This document shows, in pieces, positions 29,761-39,049 of a stretch of 64,000 nucleotides of DNA (positions within the stretch are counted from its first letter, which is position 1; every line of letters begins with the position of its first letter). The position numbers and the translations under genes are program-made. The DNA is from an uncultured bacterium (GTDB taxonomy: Bacteria; Fidelibacterota; UBA2242): contig CAZNUN010000004.1 of NCBI GenBank assembly GCA_964576275.1, forward strand, positions 121,779 through 185,778, in the 5' to 3' direction. The notes beneath the pieces were generated by a model that saw only the letters and a program-made list of their open reading frames with translations, was not told the DNA's origin and did not search any database.

Positions 29761-31260
29761 TTAATCCGAGCTGAAAAGATTATCCAGCAGATCGCGGACT
29801 TCAGCCGGGTTGGTCAGATGTATATTGTCGGCTCTGACCTGGTAGTTGAAGGCCGCGATTTTATCCTGATTGGAAAATTTTGGCAAAGGGCTTTTGTTGG
29901 TCGTGGCTATATGATTGCCGTTGTCATCGGTGATAATCAATGAAGGCTGAAAAACTCCCGGGCGGCCGATGAATTTCTCCATCAGAGTGATAGCGGCGTC
30001 GTATTCAGATTGGGTGGTGCGTCCGAGTGCTTCGTAATTGTCAATGATCTTATCGTCCCAGGTATAGATCGTCGCGGTACTTTCGGAGATAATCTCTTCC
30101 AGATTATATCCGGTGTGCATGGTGTCATGGCCGGAAGGCATCAGGATGACCTTCCCACCGCCGCCTTCGACATTTGCGGCGTAAACCGGTCGGGCCATAC
30201 CGCTTAACCAACCCTGTAGATTTTTAATAAGGATTTTACCGATTTGAATTGGTGTGATGAAGTGTACCAGACCTCTTTCACGATGACATTGCAAAAGATA
30301 ATAGGGTTCGACACCCGCCCAGAGCATCCGACGACAGGTTTCAGCCAGTGAACACAGATTATCATTCACATGTTTTAATAACACCGTCTGGTTGCGTACT
30401 GAATAACCATGTTTGTGGATGCGATCAATAGCGGCCTTAAACTCCTGAGTGATTTCATGATAATGGTTTATATGGGTCATGAAGTAAACATATTTGCCGG
30501 ATCCGACGGTGGCTCTATCAATAAGTGTAAGCAGATCTTCCGTAACAGCTATCGGAAGAGTCACCGGCACGCGGGTGGCGATCCGGATGATCCGCAGATG
30601 TTCGATTTTGGATAGGCGGTTCAGAACATATTCGAGCCGTTCGTAGCTGATCATCAGGGCATCTCCGCCGGTTACCAGGACTTCGTCAATGTTTGGGTTC
30701 CAGGCAATGTAGAACAGCCCTTTTTCAATGTCCTCGCGGTGGATAGCCGTGCTGCTATCGAGCGATTTGGCGCGTTGACAGTGTGTACAGTACGAGGCGC
30801 AGCTGGTATTTTCGGCGACGAAAAGCGCGACCCGATTTGGATAGCGCTGATAGACCGCTCCGTAACTGCGGTTTTCCTCACTCATGGAATCTTCTCGGCC
30901 GGTTTTTAGAAATAATCTATGGGCTGGGGTTGGTACAGATTCCCAGAAGACCGGATCGAGACGATTAATAGGGTCTTCGCCGGGTAACAGATCAGGATGA
31001 AATGGATTTTCAGCAATCAATGTAGCATAGTAGGGCGTAATCCGCATCGGTTCTTTGCCTTCCGCCCGCATCTCGTTTATCGTGCGAGTAATTTCGCTCC
31101 GCTGATAATCGCTGAGTCGGATTACCTGGCTGAGTTCATTCACATTACGAATGGCATTTTTACTCTGCCAGAGCGGGTCGCGCCATTGCTCGCTGCTGAT
31201 ATTCTGCCAGAGTGGAATCGAATGAAAATCGCGGGGTTGGTGTAAGTAGCTGATCGGCAT
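29761..31260 (-). CDS. KamA-family radical-SAM aminomutase (lysine 2,3-aminomutase-like)
   Basis: CASYCTHCQR (CxxxCxxC). KamA-type N-terminus (WQNISSEQWRDPLWQSKNAIRNVNEL). VLVTGGDALM. AGGAG RBS. 499 aa, so longer than the roughly 416-aa clostridial enzyme. Confidence 0.85.
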   Translation of the reverse strand: MPISYLHQPRDFHSIPLWQNISSEQWRDPLWQSKNAIRNVNELSQVIRLSDYQRSEITRTINEMRAEGKEPMRITPYYATLIAENPFHPDLLPGEDPINRLDPVFWESVPTPAHRLFLKTGREDSMSEENRSYGAVYQRYPNRVALFVAENTSCASYCTHCQRAKSLDSSTAIHREDIEKGLFYIAWNPNIDEVLVTGGDALMISYERLEYVLNRLSKIEHLRIIRIATRVPVTLPIAVTEDLLTLIDRATVGSGKYVYFMTHINHYHEITQEFKAAIDRIHKHGYSVRNQTVLLKHVNDNLCSLAETCRRMLWAGVEPYYLLQCHRERGLVHFITPIQIGKILIKNLQGWLSGMARPVYAANVEGGGGKVILMPSGHDTMHTGYNLEEIISESTATIYTWDDKIIDNYEALGRTTQSEYDAAITLMEKFIGRPGVFQPSLIITDDNGNHIATTNKSPLPKFSNQDKIAAFNYQVRADNIHLTNPAEVRDLLDNLFSSD

Positions 31261-31603
31261 CTTTTTTTCTCCTGATTCTTAAACGTAAACGGTTCGGATT
31301 CCGGATTGTTTCAAAAGAGGGAATTCTCGTCGGAAGAATGGACTTGAAAGAGAACTCGTCTCCACTGATCCCGCACGGTCGCGCTGCATCCATTGTTTGT
31401 CATTACGATTCAGAGACAATCAGACTCCTGTTCGCTCAGATTTGATTATAATGGGTGTAATATGTAAAATAATCGCGTTAAGATTTGAATAATCGAAGAG
31501 GTAAAAACAGATCATGGAAAAAACCCCGGGAAATGAAATGTCATACGATGCCTTGAGGAATCTAATCAAAAGAACATATTGAACCTGCTAAAGGAGAATT
31601 TCT

Positions 31604-31843
31604 ATGGAGTACGACCAAAACAAAGTTGACGAGATGATCCTGGCGCTGTTGTTTTTGACGACTACCAGCGACAAATACGGAACGCGCGCCTGGAAAGGTT
31701 TTGACTGGGAGGCGCTGAACCGGCTCCACGCCAAAGGTTATATCGGCGATCCGCAGGGAAAATCCGCCTCCGTGGAAATGTCCGAAACCGGCGCGAACTT
31801 GTCCAGAGAACTGTTTTACAAATATTTCGGCAAAGATGTGTGA
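31604..31843 (+). CDS. small conserved hypothetical protein (79 aa)
   Basis: Strong AAGGAG RBS. VDEMILALLFL...AWKGFDWEALNRLHAKGYIGDPQGKSASVEMSETG resembles, from memory, the small DUF6429-type family. Not verified. Confidence 0.5.
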   Translation: MEYDQNKVDEMILALLFLTTTSDKYGTRAWKGFDWEALNRLHAKGYIGDPQGKSASVEMSETGANLSRELFYKYFGKDV

Positions 31844-31949
31844 ATCTTGACCGCTGGTCCGCTTTCTCCGGCGTCTGAAATGATTGGCAAATTGATCTGA
31901 AAGTCTTAGATTCCCGACGTTTTCAGATTTTGAATCAGGATGAAGAGGT

Positions 31950-32942
31950 ATGGAACAGTTTAACGACGTCGAATTACTGACGGCTTTAACCGAAGCCCGC
32001 CGGAGGTTAAATTCGGAGATTGGACAAGTCATAATCGGTCAGCGGGAGATTATTGACCAGATATTAATTGCATTGCTTTCGCAGGGACATTGCCTGCTGA
32101 TCGGTGTGCCCGGTCTGGCAAAAACCCTGATGATCAAGACTCTGGCGCAGGCGCTCGATCTGCAGTTTCGCCGGATTCAGTTCACGCCCGACCTGATGCC
32201 GTCCGATATTACCGGAACGGAGGTCATCGAAGAAGACCGGGCTACTGGCACGCGCGCTTTTAAGTTTTTCAAAGGCCCGGTTTTCGGCAATATCATTTTA
32301 GCCGACGAGATCAACCGCACTCCGCCCAAAACCCAGGCGGCGTTGTTGGAAGCCATGCAGGAACATCGGGTCACGGCCGCCGGGCAAACCTATCAGCTGG
32401 AAGAACCGTTTTTCGTGCTGGCGACCCAAAATCCGATTGAGCAGGAAGGCACGTATCCGCTACCAGAAGCGCAGTTGGACCGTTTCATGTTCAGCCTGAA
32501 AGTCGCTTACCCGACTTTTCAGGAAGAACTCGAAATAGTCAAATCTACAACAGCTGATATCGAGGGGAATCCGGCGGCGGTGATCAGTCGGGATGAGATC
32601 TGCAGTTTCCAGCATCTGGTGAGGCGGGTTCCGGTGGCCCAGAATGTAATCGAGTTCGCTGTCAGGTTGGTCACGGCGACGCGGCCGGGAGGCGATCAGG
32701 CGCCCGATTTTGTACAGAAATGGGTAGAATGGGGCGCTGGTCCACGCGCCAGCCAGTACCTGATCCTGGGAGCTAAAACCAATGCCATTCTAGAAGGCAG
32801 ACCGACGCCGGCGATAGACGATGTGGTGAAAATGGCCGGTCCGGTGCTGCGACATCGCATCATTCCTAATTTCAATGCTGAAGCGGAGGGAATCGATACT
32901 GATACAATTACCAGTAAACTGCTCGAAACAATTGGCAGATAA
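31950..32942 (+). CDS. MoxR-family AAA+ ATPase
   Basis: Walker A GVPGLAKT. ILADEINRTPPKTQAALLEAMQE. ATQNPIEQEGTYPLPEAQLDRF. Confidence 0.9.
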   Translation: MEQFNDVELLTALTEARRRLNSEIGQVIIGQREIIDQILIALLSQGHCLLIGVPGLAKTLMIKTLAQALDLQFRRIQFTPDLMPSDITGTEVIEEDRATGTRAFKFFKGPVFGNIILADEINRTPPKTQAALLEAMQEHRVTAAGQTYQLEEPFFVLATQNPIEQEGTYPLPEAQLDRFMFSLKVAYPTFQEELEIVKSTTADIEGNPAAVISRDEICSFQHLVRRVPVAQNVIEFAVRLVTATRPGGDQAPDFVQKWVEWGAGPRASQYLILGAKTNAILEGRPTPAIDDVVKMAGPVLRHRIIPNFNAEAEGIDTDTITSKLLETIGR

Positions 32943-32958
32943 ATCCACCAGGCGGTAA

Positions 32959-33864
32959 ATGAACGATGGACGCTTAGACAAACGCCATTATCTCGATCCG
33001 GCAGTCATTGCCCGCCTGGATAATATGTCTTTACGCGCCCGGCTGGTCGTTGAAGGTTTTATCATCGGTCTGCATCGCAGTCCCTATCACGGCTTTTCGA
33101 TTGAGTTCGCCGAGCACCGTCCTTATATGCCGGGCGACGAGATCAAGCATATCGACTGGAAACTCTACGGCAAGACCGACCGGTTCTATATCAAGCAATT
33201 TGAGGAAGAAACCAACCTCAAATCCTATATTCTTTTAGATAAAAGCGGATCGATGAACTATAAATCCGGGGCGGTCTCGAAACTGGACTACGGCAGTTAT
33301 CTGGCGGCTGCGCTTGGCTATCTTTTACTCAAGCAGCAGGATGCGGTTAGCCTGACATTGTTCGATACGGATATTCGTTCCTATCTTCCGCCGAGCGCCA
33401 AAAAAAGCCACCTGAATTTAGTGCTCGCCGCCTTGGAAAAGACCGCAGCCGGAGCCGAAACATCCATCGCGCCACTTTTACATGCCTCCGCCGAAAAAAT
33501 CCGGAAGCGCGGATTGATCATCCTGATTTCAGACTTGTTTGACGATCCCGAAAATGTCATTCGGGCTCTGAAGCATTTTCGTCACAGACGTCATGAAGTA
33601 ATCGTTTTTCAAATCCTCGATCCTCAGGAAATAGAATTCGGTTTCCGCCGTCAGACCAAATTTATCGATCTGGAAAACCACGATTCACTCCTGACCGAAC
33701 CTGGTCAGGTGCGCCGGGCTTACCAGCAGGCGATGCGCCAGTTTGTCGAGAATTATAAGACTCAGTGCCGTACAAATAATATTGATCACGTCCTGCTGAC
33801 CACCGATCGGCCACTGGATTTGGCACTGACCGAATATCTCAATAAACGCGCCCGGATCGGTTGA
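32959..33864 (+). CDS. DUF58 (vWA-like) protein, MoxR partner
   Basis: HRSPYHGFSIEFAEHRPYMPGDEIKHIDWK is the DUF58 hallmark. Sits directly downstream of MoxR, as in Bat-type operons. Confidence 0.85.
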   Translation: MNDGRLDKRHYLDPAVIARLDNMSLRARLVVEGFIIGLHRSPYHGFSIEFAEHRPYMPGDEIKHIDWKLYGKTDRFYIKQFEEETNLKSYILLDKSGSMNYKSGAVSKLDYGSYLAAALGYLLLKQQDAVSLTLFDTDIRSYLPPSAKKSHLNLVLAALEKTAAGAETSIAPLLHASAEKIRKRGLIILISDLFDDPENVIRALKHFRHRRHEVIVFQILDPQEIEFGFRRQTKFIDLENHDSLLTEPGQVRRAYQQAMRQFVENYKTQCRTNNIDHVLLTTDRPLDLALTEYLNKRARIG

Positions 33865-33874
33865 TCGTAAAATT

Positions 33875-33902
33875 AAAAAGCCGGACGCAAATCCGGCTTT
33901 TT
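33875..33902. terminator. bidirectional rho-independent terminator between convergent genes
   Basis: AAAAAGCCGGA cgcaaa TCCGGCTTTTT: a 7-bp GC-rich stem flanked by an A5 run and a T5 run. Confidence 0.8.
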
Positions 33903-33922
33903 AAATCTTATGGAATATTTGG

Positions 33923-34972
33923 CTATTCCAGCGATTTCTGGATAGAACGGTATTTTTCGGCTTCTTCGATATTGCCCTGATTGTAAAGTGATTTCCAGAG
34001 AATTTCGTAGCCGAAAATATTATTGGCGTCTATTTCGATGATCTTGCGGGCGTAGTCCTCGGCTTCCATCCAATCCTTGTTTCTAAAGACGGCTTCGGCA
34101 ACCTTGGAGAGCAGCTCCAGATTCTGGGGATCGCTGGCGACCACTTTCTGATACTGATATTTGGCGTCTTCATATTTGCCCAGCTTGGTCAGTAATTGCG
34201 CCGCGATGTAAATGATATCAAGATTATACGGATCTTTCTCGAGCATTTTATTAGTGGCCTCCAGAGCCTCTTCATTCCGGTTTAACTCGGCGAGAAACTG
34301 AACTTTTTCGATTTGCAGATCGGTAACATCCGGGTGGGCGAGGATCATTTCATCCAGCTGCGCTAGGACCTGATCGTGCGGTGTGGTTTTCCAGATTATC
34401 TGCAGGTAGTAATTAACCACGTCTTTATCGAAAAGGTTTTTCTCGAGCATCAGTTTACCGTATTTCTCGACATTAACCGAGTCTTCGAGAATATAATAAG
34501 CTTTTATCAAACCATTATAGGTTAAAATTTCGTCGGATTTAAACTCTAGGGCGCGCGCAAAACTCTTGGTGGCCAGCTCAAGCAGAGAATCCTTCTCCAT
34601 CGGCAGGAAGGCTTTCAGGGCGCTGTTAAAATAATTGGCGCCGTCAGTATGAATTTCAGCCCAGATGCCTTTGATATTATCATCAACCTCTTTGGCTTTG
34701 GTTGGATCGAGTTGTTTGGCCTTTAAGAGCATCTCACGGGCTTCATCAAAGCGCTTGGACGGACGGTAGATCAGAGTGCCCAACAGCATATAAGCCTGGC
34801 TGTTATCCGGATATTTCTCTATGGCTAATTTCAATTGTTCTTCAGCAGCCTGAGAATTATTTTGCTGCAGATAAACCTTCGCCGAAGTTATTTCAGGCGG
34901 ATCGCAAGCGTCCAGGAAAAACAAACCAGCCAGGACAAGAACGAGCAGGACTGTAATTTTTTTCGAACTCAT
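33923..34972 (-). CDS. TPR-repeat lipoprotein
   Basis: Signal peptide plus lipobox (LVLAGLFFLDAC). Repeated TPR-like helices (AYMLLGTLIY..., DAKYQYQKVVASDPQN..., AEDYARKIIEIDANN...). Confidence 0.8.
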   Translation of the reverse strand: MSSKKITVLLVLVLAGLFFLDACDPPEITSAKVYLQQNNSQAAEEQLKLAIEKYPDNSQAYMLLGTLIYRPSKRFDEAREMLLKAKQLDPTKAKEVDDNIKGIWAEIHTDGANYFNSALKAFLPMEKDSLLELATKSFARALEFKSDEILTYNGLIKAYYILEDSVNVEKYGKLMLEKNLFDKDVVNYYLQIIWKTTPHDQVLAQLDEMILAHPDVTDLQIEKVQFLAELNRNEEALEATNKMLEKDPYNLDIIYIAAQLLTKLGKYEDAKYQYQKVVASDPQNLELLSKVAEAVFRNKDWMEAEDYARKIIEIDANNIFGYEILWKSLYNQGNIEEAEKYRSIQKSLE

Positions 34973-35051
34973 TGTATATTCTCCTTAACAATCAGTATTA
35001 AAATGCAAAATAACGGCGCAATTTACAAAAACGGCTTGAAAATTCAACCAA

Positions 35052-36071
35052 TTATTCTGTGAACTTATATGGCGGTTGGAATATGCCTCTTTCCGTGATT
35101 ATAGCCGTAATCAGATCCGCCGGCGTCACATCGAAAGACGGTGAAATCGCGGAACAACCCGCGGGCGCGATCCTTTGCCGGGCACATACTCTAACCTCTT
35201 CACCGTCTCTCTCTTCGATTTTAATGCCGGCTCCGGACTTGATCGCCAAATCGATGCTTGAAGATGGCGCCGCTACGTAGAACGGGATTTTGTGATGCCG
35301 GGCGGCAATGGCCAGCATGTAGGTGCCGATTTTATTGGCAAGGTCGCCATTGGCGGCGATCCGGTCGGCGCCAACGAAAACGGCCGTAATCTTTCTGTTG
35401 GCCATGACGTAAGCGGCCATGTTGTCGCTAATCAGAGTGAAGGGTACTTTTTCGTAATTCAATTCCCAGGCGGTCAGGCGGGATCCCTGTAAAAGCGGTC
35501 GGGTCTCATCCACAAAAACATGGATTCTTTTTCCCTGATGATGGGCGTGGATCAGAATTCCCAGAGCGGTGCCGAGACGGCCGGTCGCCAGACCGCCGGT
35601 ATTGCAATGGGTGATGACGCTGGCTTCATCCGGTAGCAGCTCGAGACCGTTGGCGGCGATCCGCTGGCACATGCGGATGTCTTCTTCGTGGATGCGTCGG
35701 GCTTCGCTTAGCAGATATTCATATATTTTCGCGACAGAGCAATGGCGCACCTCCGCGGCTTTAGCGCCCATTCGTTTGAGTGCCCAGCCCAGGTTGACAG
35801 CTGTCGGTCGGGTTTCATAAAGCAGGGTGGAAATGATCTCGATCTGCCGAAAGAATTCGGTGTGATTGGTGTTAATGTATGGTTTCAGGCCGAGCACCAA
35901 TCCGAAAGCCCCGGCAATACCAATAGCCGGAGCGCCGCGGATAGCCAGGCGGCGTATAGCATTTGCCATTTCCAGATGATCTTGAATTTCGATGAGTTTA
36001 TATTCGTTCGGCAGGAGCGTCTGATCGACGATCAGCAGGCGTTCGGTTTCCCAGTAGAGCGGTTGAATCAT
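35052..36071 (-). CDS. mtnA: S-methyl-5-thioribose-1-phosphate isomerase (eIF-2B alpha/beta/delta-like family)
   Basis: LLIVDQTLLPNEY, IRGAPAIGIAGAFG, CNTGGLAT, VGADRIAANGDLANKIGTY. Confidence 0.8.
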   Translation of the reverse strand: MIQPLYWETERLLIVDQTLLPNEYKLIEIQDHLEMANAIRRLAIRGAPAIGIAGAFGLVLGLKPYINTNHTEFFRQIEIISTLLYETRPTAVNLGWALKRMGAKAAEVRHCSVAKIYEYLLSEARRIHEEDIRMCQRIAANGLELLPDEASVITHCNTGGLATGRLGTALGILIHAHHQGKRIHVFVDETRPLLQGSRLTAWELNYEKVPFTLISDNMAAYVMANRKITAVFVGADRIAANGDLANKIGTYMLAIAARHHKIPFYVAAPSSSIDLAIKSGAGIKIEERDGEEVRVCARQRIAPAGCSAISPSFDVTPADLITAIITERGIFQPPYKFTE

Positions 36072-36088
36072 AACCGTCGGCGCGCCTG

Positions 36089-36994
36089 TTAATACTTCAC
36101 CATTGCCCGCAGCTGCCGGTAACGTGCGTTGATCTTCTGGCGATTGAGATTCAGCATTCCATCCACACTGAAGTTTTCTACGCAGAACGAGCCCAGGACG
36201 CTGCCAAAAACGACCGCTTTCTTCAAACTCCGCGGGTCAATCCTGTCGCAAACGCCGAGATAACCGACCAGACCGCCGGCGTAGCTGTCGCCGGCACCGG
36301 TCGGATCGATAGCTTTATCGACCGGGAAAGCCGGAGTATAAAATAAACCCTCTGGCGAGCTCAGGACGGAACCATATTCGCCACGCTTGACGACGATGTA
36401 TTGCGGTCCGAGCTGGTGCAGATCTTTTAAAGCATTGAGTAAACTGTCAGAACCGCTCAGCTCGGCCAGTTCACTGTCATTGATGACGAGCAGATTGATT
36501 CTGCGGATGACAGCGGTCAGAGCCGGACGAGTAGTATTGATCCAGAGATTCATGGTGTCCAGAACGACAAATTCCACCGCACTCATCTGGTTTAGTACGT
36601 CCATTTGTAAATCGGGCTGAATGTTTCCAAGAAACAGGATGGGGGTTGTGCGGTACGAAGCCGGAATTTTGGGACTAAAACTGGCAAACACATTCAAATG
36701 AGTATAAAGCGTATCGCGCTGGTTTAAATCCTGATGATAATGTCCGCCCCAGCGGAAAGTCAGTCCATCGGAAATTTCCAGTCCGGCAGTGTCAATGCCG
36801 TGCCGGTGCAGCATCCGGATGGCTTCCGGCGGATAATCGTTGCCCGCCACACCGACCAGATTGATCCGGGTAAAATGGGAAGCGGCCAGACTGAAGAAAA
36901 CCGCCGAACCGCCCAGGGCATTAAGACGTTTCCCGTAAGGAGTCTCGACATCATCAAAAGCGACGCTACCGACCGCCAGAATTGGTTTTTTCAA
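36089..36994 (-). CDS. PfkB-family (ribokinase-like) sugar/nucleoside kinase
   Basis: LNALGGSAVFFSLAA N-terminal motif and the DPTGAGDSYAGG signature. 17-nt gap to mtnA. Confidence 0.85.
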   Translation of the reverse strand: MKKPILAVGSVAFDDVETPYGKRLNALGGSAVFFSLAASHFTRINLVGVAGNDYPPEAIRMLHRHGIDTAGLEISDGLTFRWGGHYHQDLNQRDTLYTHLNVFASFSPKIPASYRTTPILFLGNIQPDLQMDVLNQMSAVEFVVLDTMNLWINTTRPALTAVIRRINLLVINDSELAELSGSDSLLNALKDLHQLGPQYIVVKRGEYGSVLSSPEGLFYTPAFPVDKAIDPTGAGDSYAGGLVGYLGVCDRIDPRSLKKAVVFGSVLGSFCVENFSVDGMLNLNRQKINARYRQLRAMVKY

Positions 36995-37073
36995 AGTGAA
37001 GTCCTCAGCTAATTCTCAAATTGCGGGTAAAAGTACAAATACTTTCGCTCGATTGCAATAATGGTTTGCAGTT

Positions 37074-37877
37074 TTACCGTAAACGCCAGGCGTTTTGTTC
37101 CGGCAGACCGGCGGCGATTATCAGGTCAATGGTGCGTTCAACATCGTAAGCGACCCACCTGACCGTCAATTCATCCGTTTTATCGTCGAAGATCACGTAT
37201 TTCGAAAGATTATTGCGATCGCGCGGCTGGCCAACGCTGCCGACGTTGATGATATATTTTTGAGAGCGTTTTAATTGCCGCCGGCCTTTTTTCAATACGC
37301 TGATGGTGATTTCACTATCGTTATATTCGTATATTCCAAGCATATGGGTGTGACCGACGAAGGTCAACCATTCCGGAGTGAATTTGAAAGCATTTTGTAA
37401 CTCGTATTGCCGGCAATAGGTGATATAATCGTAAATTGAATCCGGCGGTACTCCGTGCACAAAACGACAATCGCCTTCACTTATGAAAACCGGCAGGGTT
37501 TTAATTTGCGCGATTGTCTCCACTGTCACTAAACGACGGGTAATTAATATTGAATTATAGGCGTCGGTGGTAAAGGAATTCAGGATGGCGTCATCGATCA
37601 GAGCAATTTCATGGTTGCCAAGCACCGATGGAATCCTGCGATTACGCAAAATCTGGGCGACTGCTTCCGGCTCTGGCCCATAACCGATAAAGTCACCGAG
37701 ATTGACGAGATGATCGATTTCTTGTGTTGAGAGATCTTCTAAGACCGCCTGAAAAGCGCTTAAATTGCCATGGATGTCGGCAGTTATCGCAGTGCGCACA
37801 AATTTCTCACGGTTTGAAAAACAGCTGGAGGGGAGAGGACATTCGCCGGCTCCAGGCGGTTTCATGATGAGGCGCAT
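37074..37877 (-). CDS. metallophosphoesterase (YfcE/MJ0936-like)
   Basis: ADIHGN, GDFIGYGPEP, GNHE and GHTH metal-ligand motifs. The start is uncertain. The longest ORF overlaps the upstream gene by 71 nt. A GTG at 37799 (VRTAITADIHGN) would remove the overlap. Confidence 0.8.
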   Translation of the reverse strand: MRLIMKPPGAGECPLPSSCFSNREKFVRTAITADIHGNLSAFQAVLEDLSTQEIDHLVNLGDFIGYGPEPEAVAQILRNRRIPSVLGNHEIALIDDAILNSFTTDAYNSILITRRLVTVETIAQIKTLPVFISEGDCRFVHGVPPDSIYDYITYCRQYELQNAFKFTPEWLTFVGHTHMLGIYEYNDSEITISVLKKGRRQLKRSQKYIINVGSVGQPRDRNNLSKYVIFDDKTDELTVRWVAYDVERTIDLIIAAGLPEQNAWRLR

Positions 37878-38970
37878 CCGGATCTTTGATCCAAAAATAA
37901 TCCTGATCCCGGCGGTAACCTTTTTCCGCCAGAGCGCTCAGCAGAGCATCGATTCCCGGTTGCAGTTCGTTCTCGAGACCGATACCGCGATTATCGAGGT
38001 AGATCGTAATTCCGGGCGGTGGAGCGGAAGAATTTTTCACAATGTCCACATAATCGAGATTGTCAATATTCGTTACCCGTCCGGCGGCCTGTGAGCCGGT
38101 GAAAATTGCGGGTGACATGCAGATGGCTCCTGAAAATATTTCCGGGTTTTCCCAAAGCAGAATAAAGGCGACCAATCCGCCCATGGAAGAACCGCCGGTA
38201 ACGGTATATTTTTGGTCGGGGAGAGTGCGGTATTTTTTATCAATAAAAGGTTTGATTTTATGAACTACAAAATCGCGGTAGCGGCGGCCGATATTGCCGT
38301 TGGCGTATTCCAGATTGCGATCGCCGGTGTTGAATATACCGACGATTATCAGCGGGCGGATAAGGCCGGCCGTGATCAGGCTGTCGGCGATTTCATCTAA
38401 TCGCCATTCCGCGCCAAATCCGGCCGTGTGGGCTGAGAAAAGATTTTGGCCGTCGTGCATATAGAGTACCGGATAACGTTCAGATCGGTTGATATGATAA
38501 CCGGACGGTAACCAGACTACAAGATCGCGTGGTTGCAAACCTGGGGTGGAAATGTGGTGGTGATACCGAATCTGACCGACAATGTGTTCGGAGGCCGTCT
38601 GATTGGAGCGCGGTCCCCATTTTTCGATAGTATAGACCAGAACAGTGTCGCCGCGGACGGTCAGCCGGAAATTCGGAAAGATATGACCGTCTCTGTCCTG
38701 GGCTTCCTGTTCCCAGCTGCCAAGCGTGAATTTGTATTCAAGGTAGACATCGCCCGGGAAAGTCAACGTTGCCGTCCAGGCTCCGTTTTCCGGATTCAGA
38801 AGCATTCCGGATGGAGCCCAGTTGCCTAACTCATTCTGGTTGCCGGTGATAAAGACATTTGAACGGGCCGGTAAAAATGGTGATCTGACGATGAACTTTA
38901 CGGTATACAGATCGGCGGCTTTCAGTGCGCTTCCCAGTAAAAGAAAAAATAATAAGCGGCTAAAATTCAT
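37807..38970 (-). CDS. secreted alpha/beta-hydrolase (putative esterase family) with N-terminal CBM20/48-like beta-sandwich
   Basis: Signal peptide. VFITGNQNELGNWAPSGMLL...WTATLTFPGDVYLEYKF (starch/glycogen-binding-module pattern). YPVLYMHDGQNLF and GGSSMGG (nucleophile elbow). Confidence 0.7.
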   Translation of the reverse strand: MNFSRLLFFLLLGSALKAADLYTVKFIVRSPFLPARSNVFITGNQNELGNWAPSGMLLNPENGAWTATLTFPGDVYLEYKFTLGSWEQEAQDRDGHIFPNFRLTVRGDTVLVYTIEKWGPRSNQTASEHIVGQIRYHHHISTPGLQPRDLVVWLPSGYHINRSERYPVLYMHDGQNLFSAHTAGFGAEWRLDEIADSLITAGLIRPLIIVGIFNTGDRNLEYANGNIGRRYRDFVVHKIKPFIDKKYRTLPDQKYTVTGGSSMGGLVAFILLWENPEIFSGAICMSPAIFTGSQAAGRVTNIDNLDYVDIVKNSSAPPPGITIYLDNRGIGLENELQPGIDALLSALAEKGYRRDQDYFWIKDPDAPHHETAWSRRMSSPLQLFFKP

Positions 38971-39049
38971 ATCAAAATTATATCACCTTTTAAACATAAA
39001 GGCAAGGGGGGAATTCATAACCATTTATGGCCATTGATGGTGATTAGTT

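Noticed and set aside
31261-31603. Lysine (L-box) or other riboswitch in the long region upstream of kamA
   Set aside because: I read the minus strand and found only short 4-5 bp hairpins. I could not recognise the conserved L-box core or any other riboswitch signature. This is left as an open question needing a covariance-model search, not a call.
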